Assembly: GCA_963699255.1 (NCBI GenBank)
Contig: OY969425.1
Span: 240,001-272,000, forward strand
From: an uncultured bacterium
GTDB taxonomy: Bacteria > Margulisbacteria > WOR-1 > CAVSGV01
DNA length: 32,000 nucleotides
Direction of reading: 5' to 3'
Both the position numbers and the translations under genes were made by a program. Below are positions 25,575-32,000 of this stretch, one piece after another. Within the stretch, counting starts at the first letter, position 1. The number at the start of each line of letters is the position of its first letter. Under the pieces are notes generated by a model, which saw only the letters and a program-made list of their open reading frames with translations, made no database searches and had not been told where the DNA came from.

Positions 25575-25606
25575 GAACTCGGAACCTGAGACTGAACCCC
25601 AATGTC

Positions 25607-25650
25607 ACACTGAGACCCGCCATGGCGGGGACTCAGTGTCTGTGTTTATT
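25607..25650 (+). terminator. Candidate intrinsic terminator of dprA
   Basis: Composite stem acactgag...ctcagtgt (8 bp) enclosing cccgcc-at-ggcggg (6 bp), followed by ctgtgtttatt. Confidence 0.6.
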
Positions 25651-25684
25651 AAAGGCAGATTCTGAGCGCCTTCGGCCTCAGAAT
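25651..25684 (-). terminator. Candidate intrinsic terminator of the sigma-factor operon (minus strand)
   Basis: attctgag/ctcagaat (8 bp) plus an inner gcc/ggc stem. On the minus strand it is followed by ctgcctttaataaa, a weak U-tract. Confidence 0.45.
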
Positions 25685-25705
25685 GACATGGAGAACAGGT
25701 TCCAT

Positions 25706-26290
25706 TTATTTAGTGAGAGCTTTTTTCAGTTTTTCCGTGGCGGTTTTCGCTATCCTGGAGACCTGAGATTCCGACAGTTTGACCTCTTTGCCTATTTCTT
25801 TGAACGTCTTATCCTGGTTATAATAGCCTTTTATCACGGCTTTTTCCGATTCCGACAAATGCTTCATCGCGCTCTCCACCGTGATCGACGCGTCAGATTC
25901 CTCATGAACAATGTCTTCCCTGTTGAAGGCCATGTAAATGTTAGCGGCAGAGGTGATGAACTCATATATCCCCGTGACAGGGTCGGCGCCTCTTTTCCTC
26001 AGGTAATCCTGCATGGCCCCTTTAAGGCGGATGCTAACGTACGACCACAGCGCACCTTTTCTCGGGTCCCACGTTTTCAGCGTGTCAATGAAAGCGATCT
26101 TTGCTTCGGATATGAGGTCATCGGCTTCGGCTTTTGCAACGTGGCGGGGCAGCCCCCCGATGTACCACCTCGCGGTCTTTGTGATCTGGTCCTTGTATTT
26201 TTCGAGCACTTCATCCGAATATTTAAGGAAATGCTCCCTCATTATGGCTATTATTCTGTCTTCAATTTCATTCCTGGAAGTTAACATCAC
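25706..26290 (-). CDS. Short sigma-70-family sigma factor (regions 2 and 4, little or no region 3); FliA-like by context
   Basis: Region 2 DDLISEAKIAFIDTLKTWDPRKGALWSYVSIRLKGAMQDYLRK. Region 4 HTH TFKEIGKEVKLSESQVSRIAKTATEKL. The start is GTG at 26290 or ATG at 26287, overlapping the upstream stop (GTGATG). Confidence 0.8.
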   Translation of the reverse strand: MMLTSRNEIEDRIIAIMREHFLKYSDEVLEKYKDQITKTARWYIGGLPRHVAKAEADDLISEAKIAFIDTLKTWDPRKGALWSYVSIRLKGAMQDYLRKRGADPVTGIYEFITSAANIYMAFNREDIVHEESDASITVESAMKHLSESEKAVIKGYYNQDKTFKEIGKEVKLSESQVSRIAKTATEKLKKALTK

Positions 26291-26511
26291 ACCTGTCCTT
26301 TAAAAGATTTGCTTACCACTTTAATTAGTTCTTCTTCTCTCTGCTGTTTTTTGTCTTGATCAAGTTCGTTGCTGAAAGCCCCGGCCCATTTTTTTGTAAA
26401 GTCATAGAATCTTTTGAGTACTGGCGGGATCCAGGATGGGACCGGCCCTGCGGCCCCTCCAACCTGTCCCTCTCTTGAAATGCTTACTCTATCAATTCTA
26501 TTTTCGCTCAT
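26287..26511 (-). CDS. Hypothetical 74-aa protein, no family recognised
   Basis: ATGA overlap with the upstream ORF and TGATG overlap with the sigma gene. Gly/Pro-rich N-terminal half, charged helical C-terminal half. No TM segment. Confidence 0.55.
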   Translation of the reverse strand: MSENRIDRVSISREGQVGGAAGPVPSWIPPVLKRFYDFTKKWAGAFSNELDQDKKQQREEELIKVVSKSFKGQV

Positions 26512-26888
26512 TTTTCCGCGGATCCTCTGACTGACGGTTTTGTTCGCTGATTGTCCGCCGCTTGCCTTATAATGGGCAGGGAAGCCCGAAGGCCATTGGC
26601 GGAAGCTTTTTCAGAGGCGGATGCCTTACGAAGGCGGGTTTCCTCCATTTTCTTGTCAATGTATACGCCCGCTACGGAAAGAGCCTGTCTGCGGAGGTCG
26701 GGATTTGAAACTACAACATCTGCTATCTTTGATACCATCTTGCCAAACCCCGAACTTAGAGCGAATTCTGCGCCGTATTCGACTTCGAGAGCCGATTTAA
26801 CGATGCCCTCGACCAGCTCTTTCGCGGTGCTTCTGGGATCTATTTTTTCAAGCATTCTTGAATGGAATATTTCTATTTTTTCCGCCAT
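26508..26888 (-). CDS. Hypothetical 126-aa protein, no family recognised
   Basis: Starts 47 nt downstream of flhA on the same strand. Globular N-terminal two thirds, Ala/Ser/Arg/Lys-rich tail. The antisense ORF 26551-27033 is rejected. Confidence 0.6.
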   Translation of the reverse strand: MAEKIEIFHSRMLEKIDPRSTAKELVEGIVKSALEVEYGAEFALSSGFGKMVSKIADVVVSNPDLRRQALSVAGVYIDKKMEETRLRKASASEKASANGLRASLPIIRQAADNQRTKPSVRGSAEK

Positions 26889-26906
26889 AAGATTTTCACC
26901 ATACCT

Positions 26907-26933
26907 TTATCGTCCAAACCGTTCGATTATTTC
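26907..26933 (-). promoter_or_regulatory. Candidate sigma28 (FliA)-type promoter
   Basis: The minus strand reads GAAA-N15-GACGATAA, against the enterobacterial/Bacillus consensus TAAA-N15-GCCGATAA. It ends 18 nt before the ATG of the 126-aa ORF. Confidence 0.3.
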
Positions 26934-26935
26934 AC

Positions 26936-29023
26936 TTATTCCAAAGAAACCATGCCTATCGATTGCACTTTTACCTGAGGAACTATCTCATTATATGATA
27001 GCACGGCCACGTCCGGAAAACTTCTTTCGATGAACCTTTTAAAATGGGGCCGAAGTCTTGGAGAACAAAGTATAACGGGAAGAAGCTTCATTCTTTTAAA
27101 GTTCTGAAGCTGAGAAGAGATCTGAACAAGTACGCGTTCCCCTACATTCGGGTCAAGCGCGAGGAAAGAGCCGTATTCAGACTGGTGAATAGCCCCGATC
27201 ATGACTTCTTCAAGGCTTGGGTCAATGGTCACAACGGTTATCACGCCTTCTTTATCCGTGTATGTTTCGCATATCTGTCTCGCGAGGGATTGTCTTACGT
27301 ATTCCGCAAGTATGTTTATGTCGCGGGACAGGTGAGCGTAATCGGCAAGCCTTTCAAGAATGGTGGAAAGGTCCCTTATTGAGACCCGCTCCCTTACGAG
27401 GAGCTGAAGGACTTTGTGGACCTGTCCCAGGGACAGCATGTCAGGGATCAGCTCCCTTACTATTGCCGCATTCGTGTTCTTGACGAGCTCGATCAATGAT
27501 TGGACGTTCTGTCTTGTCATTATTTCATCCGCGAATCGCTTGATTATCTCGGTGAAATGCTTTGCCATTACTTCCACTGTTTCTTCAGATTCTATGTTCT
27601 GCCTCGTAAGCTCTCCGGCCATGTCTTCGGGTACCCACACCACGGGATCGCCGGTAAGCGCATCTTTCAATTCAACCCCAGTGATATTCTTTTCCCTTAG
27701 CTCGGCGGCCGACATGTGCACGCATCTGTGGCCTATCATTGCTTCTCCTGTAGCGACCTTGGTGCCTCTTATTTCGAGCACATATTGATTTGGCGGAAGG
27801 GACAGGTCATCCATTACGCGCACTCCCGGGATGACAAAGCCGAGTTCCTGTCCGATCCTGTACCGGATGAGGGTTATTTTTTCAAGCAAAGGACCTTTTT
27901 GGGCGGGATCGATGAGGGGGATCAGGTTTCTGCCGGCCTTCAGGCTTAAAGGGTCAAGCCCTAAAGTGCCAAGAATGCTCTCCGGCTTTTTTAAGATATC
28001 TTTCGCGGAAACCTCTTCCGTTACCGTTTTTAGTTCTTCTTTTTTCTCTTTTGTTTGCAGTAGAACCAGCGTGAGAATGGCAGAGCCGACGGCGAGGGAC
28101 ATGAATGGGATCGTGGGAAGTCCCGGGATCACCGCAAAGAACCCGAGTATCACTGAAACGAACGCGAAAGCCCTTGGCTGCGCGAATATCTGCGTTGCCA
28201 CATCCGTACCCAGGCTCATCTCCGATGCGGATTTGGTTATGACAAGACCTGTCGCTATGGCGATAAGCAGGGCAGGGACCTGAGTAACAAGTCCATCCCC
28301 TACGGTAAGTAATGCGTAAGTGGACAGAGCTTCCATGACCCCCATTCCATGCTGCAGCCAGCCTACAAGTATGCCTCCAATTATGTTGACCAGCACTATT
28401 ATTATTCCGGCTATGGAGTCTCCCCTGACGAACTTGTTGGCGCCGTCCATTGAACCGAAGAAAGTCGCTTCCTGTTCGATCTTCCTTCTGCGAGCCCTTG
28501 CTTCATTCGCGTCTATAAGCCCGGCGTTCAGGTCCGCATCGATGCTCATTTGTTTTCCCGGCATCGCGTCAAGAGTGAATCTGGCGGCGACCTCAGCGAC
28601 GCGCTCGGATCCTTTCGTTATGACCACGAACTGGACTATGGTAATGATCGTGAATATTATCGCTCCAACTACATAGTTGCCTCTGACGACGAAATTCCCG
28701 AAAGCGGTTATGACCTCTCCCGCGTTCGCCTGAAGAAGTATCAGGCGGGATGCCGCGATGTTAAGTGAAAGCCTGTATAGGGTTACAATAAGAAGGATCG
28801 AAGGAAAAGCCGCGAACTCAAGAGGTTCCTTAAGATACATCGCGACCAGCAGGATCGTAAGCGCAAAACCTATATTCAACGTTATCAATATGTCCAAGAT
28901 CTGCGTCGGGAGAGGAACGATCATCAGGGAGATAATGCAGATGAGAAGGACCGCTACAAGGAGATCCGCTAACGAGAAAAGGTTCCTTAAGCTTTTTAGA
29001 TCAATCGATATTGGGAAAGCCAT
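26936..29023 (-). CDS. flhA: Flagellar type III export gate protein FlhA
   Basis: 695 aa. Conserved FPSILLIVTLYRLSLNIAASRLIL and FVRGD motifs, eight-TM N-terminal domain plus a cytoplasmic C-terminal domain. Confidence 0.95.
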   Translation of the reverse strand: MAFPISIDLKSLRNLFSLADLLVAVLLICIISLMIVPLPTQILDILITLNIGFALTILLVAMYLKEPLEFAAFPSILLIVTLYRLSLNIAASRLILLQANAGEVITAFGNFVVRGNYVVGAIIFTIITIVQFVVITKGSERVAEVAARFTLDAMPGKQMSIDADLNAGLIDANEARARRRKIEQEATFFGSMDGANKFVRGDSIAGIIIVLVNIIGGILVGWLQHGMGVMEALSTYALLTVGDGLVTQVPALLIAIATGLVITKSASEMSLGTDVATQIFAQPRAFAFVSVILGFFAVIPGLPTIPFMSLAVGSAILTLVLLQTKEKKEELKTVTEEVSAKDILKKPESILGTLGLDPLSLKAGRNLIPLIDPAQKGPLLEKITLIRYRIGQELGFVIPGVRVMDDLSLPPNQYVLEIRGTKVATGEAMIGHRCVHMSAAELREKNITGVELKDALTGDPVVWVPEDMAGELTRQNIESEETVEVMAKHFTEIIKRFADEIMTRQNVQSLIELVKNTNAAIVRELIPDMLSLGQVHKVLQLLVRERVSIRDLSTILERLADYAHLSRDINILAEYVRQSLARQICETYTDKEGVITVVTIDPSLEEVMIGAIHQSEYGSFLALDPNVGERVLVQISSQLQNFKRMKLLPVILCSPRLRPHFKRFIERSFPDVAVLSYNEIVPQVKVQSIGMVSLE

Positions 29024-29056
29024 CTTGTGATAATTTTATCAGGGATTGCCTATTAT

Positions 29057-30196
29057 TCAAGGTTTTCTTGTCCCGTCCAAAGTGGCGGGACGAGCGCCGA
29101 CCAGAGGGCCAAGGTACGCTTTCAGCTTTTCAGTTCTTGTCTTTTTCAGTTTGTAAACATAAGCCAGGATCTCTGCGACGGCCTGGTATAGCTCCGCGGG
29201 GATCTGCTTGCCTACGTCCGTCGTTCTGTAAATGGACCTTGCAAGAGGCTCATTTTCCATGATGGGTATGTATGCGCCGTCGGCTATGCGTTTGATCTCT
29301 TCCGCAGCTTTTCTTTCTCCTTTTGCCAGTACTGTCGGGGCTTTCATCTTTGGGATCTCATACTTAAGTGCAACTGCTATATGCACTGGATTTGTGACGA
29401 CGACATCGGCTTGCGGGACGGCTGCCATCATTCTCTGGTAAGCGACCTGTCTCTGCAGCTCCCTCATGCGCTGTTTGATCATAGGATCCCCTTCAAGCCG
29501 TTTGTATTCCTCTTTTATTTCCTGCTTTGTCATCTTTAGGCCTCTCATGTATTCCCATCTTTTATAAAAGTAGTCCATCACGGCAATAGCTACATAGAAC
29601 AGTCCGACTCTTATGGCTACTTTGTAAGCGATAGAGCCTCCAAGGACAACGGCATCCCAGGGCTGGCTGTTGATCAATATGACGATGGAAGGAATGTCAT
29701 CTTTTACAGCGCCCCACATTATCCAGAATACTATCAGTATTTTTAGGATCGATTTTATGAGCTCCACGAATCCTTGAAGAGAAAACATTCTTTTGAAACC
29801 TTCGGCTGGAGATACTCTTTCTATCCTTGGCATCAGCGGGTCGAGAGAAAAAACGAAACCGGTTTGAAGCGCTTCGGCGACGAACGCCACGAAAAGGGTC
29901 AATCCGAAGATCGGTGCCACACTTAGCGCAAGACCCTGTATCCCGAGCAGCAAAATATACCCCGCGAATGGAAAGGAGAAATCGCCTGTATACGGGATCT
30001 GTGTAAGGATCGCTGTTGCCATGTTCGTAAGGTTGTTCCAGATAAATTCACCGGTATATCTGAAAAGCATATAGGAAGTGATCAAAAGAAGCGCGGTCGT
30101 TATTTCCTTGCTTTTCGCGATCTGTCCCTTTTCCCTGGCCTCGTGCAGCCTGTGAGGGGTAGGTTCCTCGGATTTTTCTCCAGCTTCCTCAGCCAA
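29057..30196 (-). CDS. flhB: Flagellar export switch protein FlhB
   Basis: TTG start preceded by SD gggagg. N-terminus EKSEEPTPHRLHEAREKGQIAKS. The autocleavage site reads NPVH at residues 269-272. Confidence 0.9.
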   Translation of the reverse strand: MAEEAGEKSEEPTPHRLHEAREKGQIAKSKEITTALLLITSYMLFRYTGEFIWNNLTNMATAILTQIPYTGDFSFPFAGYILLLGIQGLALSVAPIFGLTLFVAFVAEALQTGFVFSLDPLMPRIERVSPAEGFKRMFSLQGFVELIKSILKILIVFWIMWGAVKDDIPSIVILINSQPWDAVVLGGSIAYKVAIRVGLFYVAIAVMDYFYKRWEYMRGLKMTKQEIKEEYKRLEGDPMIKQRMRELQRQVAYQRMMAAVPQADVVVTNPVHIAVALKYEIPKMKAPTVLAKGERKAAEEIKRIADGAYIPIMENEPLARSIYRTTDVGKQIPAELYQAVAEILAYVYKLKKTRTEKLKAYLGPLVGARPATLDGTRKP

Positions 30197-30199
30197 GCG

Positions 30200-30976
30200 T
30201 TACCTCCCGGAGAGCAGAACCAGTGTTCTTGCGATCTGGTTGCTCGTTTCTCCGATCAAATTCACCATATGCCCGATCAATAATGGGGACAGCAACATCA
30301 GTCCGAAAAGCCCAAGAGACGGCTTTACCTGGAATCCCAGCATGAAAACGTTCACCTGGGGTGCTACCCTGGAAACTATCCCGAAAGAAAAATCAGAAAG
30401 GAATATAAGAAGAAGCATCGGAGCGCAAAGCTGTATGGTGGTTATCCAGAACCAGGTAAGAAGACTAAGGATCTGAAAAAGCAGGTCCGGTTTTGTGAGG
30501 TCTATGAAGCTTATGATGGGGATCGCGACAAAGCTCTGATATATGGCGGATAATACAAGATGGTGCCCATTCACTATCAAAAAAACCACCAGCGCTATCA
30601 TATACATGAATGTGCCTGTTATGGATGATGCTGCCCCGGACGTGGGGGATAGGACATTTGCGACCGAGAGGCCCATCTGCATATCAAGTATATCTCCAGC
30701 TGCCTGGGCGGCCTGAAGGACTATCGAAGCCACGAAACCAATAATATATCCAATTAAAACCTCGACAAATAACGCGAGGACAAAAGTCACAAGGGAATCA
30801 GGAAGCATTCTGACCGGGACAACGAACCACATTATTGCTGAGAGCCAGATAGCCAGGCATGTTTTTACCATCATTGGTATGGATTTTGCGCTGAATACGG
30901 GAGCGTCAATGAAAAGTCCGGCGACCCGCGCAAGGATCAGGAGAAAGATCTCAATTTGAGGGAGTGATATGACCAT
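30200..30976 (-). CDS. fliR: Flagellar export apparatus protein FliR
   Basis: 258-aa polytopic protein, N-terminus FLLILARVAGLF...PVFS. Position between fliQ and flhB. Confidence 0.9.
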   Translation of the reverse strand: MVISLPQIEIFLLILARVAGLFIDAPVFSAKSIPMMVKTCLAIWLSAIMWFVVPVRMLPDSLVTFVLALFVEVLIGYIIGFVASIVLQAAQAAGDILDMQMGLSVANVLSPTSGAASSITGTFMYMIALVVFLIVNGHHLVLSAIYQSFVAIPIISFIDLTKPDLLFQILSLLTWFWITTIQLCAPMLLLIFLSDFSFGIVSRVAPQVNVFMLGFQVKPSLGLFGLMLLSPLLIGHMVNLIGETSNQIARTLVLLSGR

Positions 30977-30977
30977 T

Positions 30978-31247
30978 TTACCTTACCATTAACGGTATGT
31001 TCGACCAGAGAGTGACCGTAAAATCTATCAGGAGAGAAGCGATCCACGGCGCTGTCATGGCCACTATTCCCAGGACCGCGACAACTTTTGGCACGAAGGT
31101 GAGAGTTTGTTCCTGTATCTGCGTTACCGCCTGGAAAAGACTGATGGCAAAGCCAACTATCAATCCGATCCCAACGGCTGGCATTGAGATCAGCAGCGTC
31201 AATATCACACCATTATAAATTATCTGAACAGCAAAATCAGTGCTCAT
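30978..31247 (-). CDS. fliQ: Flagellar export apparatus protein FliQ
   Basis: 89 aa, two TM helices, conserved SLFQAVTQIQEQTLTFVPK motif. Confidence 0.9.
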   Translation of the reverse strand: MSTDFAVQIIYNGVILTLLISMPAVGIGLIVGFAISLFQAVTQIQEQTLTFVPKVVAVLGIVAMTAPWIASLLIDFTVTLWSNIPLMVR

Positions 31248-32000
31248 CTAAAGCTCATCAGCAATCCTTTTGTTATTAAATTCCATCCGTCTGAGAGCAC
31301 AAAAAGCAGTATCTTGAACGGCAGTGAGACCATGACGGGAGAGAGCATGAACATGCCCAGCGACAGGAGAATGTTCGATACGACAAGATCTATTATCACG
31401 AACGGGATGAACAGCAAAAAACCTATTTGAAAGGCGGTCTTTAGTTCCGATATCATAAATGCCGGGATAACGACATAGACAGGGATCTCGTTAACGGTTT
31501 TTGGAACCGGGATCTTTGCGAATTGCACAAAAAGCGCAAGATCGGCCGGCCTTGTTTGTCTTAACATGAATTGCTGGAAAGGCTTCATTCCTATTTCAAA
31601 GGCCTTCATCTGGGTGATCTGCCCTTTGTTATAGGGGACGATCGCGGTTTTGTTCACGGCTTCAAAGGTCGGAGCCATCGTATATATCGTCATGAACAGA
31701 GCAAGCCCTATAAGGATGGAATTGGGCGGGACCTGAGCAGTGCCGATCGCGGACCTTATCATTGATAATACTATGATGATCCTTAAGAAGGAAGTGATCG
31801 ACATAAGCAGGAATGGCAGTATCGAAATAACGGATATTGCCAGCAAGAGCTGGATGCTGTTGCTGAACGCCTGGGAGTTCATGACAGTTCCTATGTCCAG
31901 GTTGATCGGCCTTGGTGCGGCATAGGCAGAATCGATGGAAATCAAAAGCATGAAAACAGGGAAAAGTAACAGTGATCTTTTTGATATAAGCTTAAGAATG
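31244..32000 (-). CDS. fliP: Flagellar export apparatus protein FliP (5' end probably outside the window)
   Basis: Conserved SFLRIIIVLSMIRSAIG and AFQIGFLLFIPFVIIDLVVSNILLSLGM motifs. The frame stays open from the first in-window ATG (31951) to 32000 and encodes a signal-peptide-like KRSLLLFPVF segment. Confidence 0.85.
   Translation of the reverse strand, partial: ILKLISKRSLLLFPVFMLLISIDSAYAAPRPINLDIGTVMNSQAFSNSIQLLLAISVISILPFLLMSITSFLRIIIVLSMIRSAIGTAQVPPNSILIGLALFMTIYTMAPTFEAVNKTAIVPYNKGQITQMKAFEIGMKPFQQFMLRQTRPADLALFVQFAKIPVPKTVNEIPVYVVIPAFMISELKTAFQIGFLLFIPFVIIDLVVSNILLSLGMFMLSPVMVSLPFKILLFVLSDGWNLITKGLLMSFR

Noticed and set aside
25568-26284. 238-aa plus-strand ORF
   Set aside because: It is antisense to the sigma-factor gene, which has clear region 2 and region 4 motifs. 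It also runs through both terminator hairpins.
1-32000. Scan for CRISPR arrays, IS elements or transposases, integrases, restriction-modification or toxin-antitoxin pairs
   Set aside because: I saw no regularly spaced direct repeats, no DDE, tyrosine- or serine-recombinase-like ORFs, and no methyltransferase motifs on either strand. The only accessory-like locus is 21339-22371, reported above.

Overview
This window is a tightly packed, mostly housekeeping chromosomal segment from a flagellated, probably anaerobic bacterium. The metabolic hints are a four-subunit 2-oxoacid:ferredoxin oxidoreductase and a formate-THF ligase. Many adjacent genes overlap by 1-17 nt. Plus-strand gene order: tlpA-like/ccdA, two tandem tRNA-Thr, MBL hydrolase, holA, a class B PBP, trpS, scpA, scpB, rodZ-like, an interrupted queE, a 49-aa zinc-ribbon gene missing from the ORF track, a PHP phosphoesterase, alr, dnaX-ybaB-recR, a membrane protein, porCDAB, hup, a Ycf45-type R3H ATPase, fhs, folE and dprA. 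A TPR protein (11238-12734) and an AT-rich orphan locus (21360-22150) lie on the minus strand. From 25706 to the window end, a minus-strand flagellar export block runs fliP(partial)-fliQ-fliR-flhB-flhA, then two small ORFans and a short sigma factor. I found no CRISPR array, IS element, transposase, integrase or recognisable defence gene, so most of the window is ordinary core genome. Five things deserve a second look. (1) Two related short GC-rich palindromic inserts sit inside conserved genes; one splits queE and is bracketed by ACA/ACA, the other is in frame within the MBL hydrolase. (2) Two translationally coupled ORFans plus a short sigma factor sit where flhF/flhG are usually found. (3) The AT-rich orphan gene is split at a formal -1 slippery heptamer, A_AAA_AAT. 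(4) MITE/REP-like structured elements lie between fhs and folE and upstream of the PHP gene. (5) Several genes lack a Shine-Dalgarno sequence and have a -10-like box 6-11 nt before the ATG. All functional calls rest on motifs and family resemblance read by eye. No database search was run.
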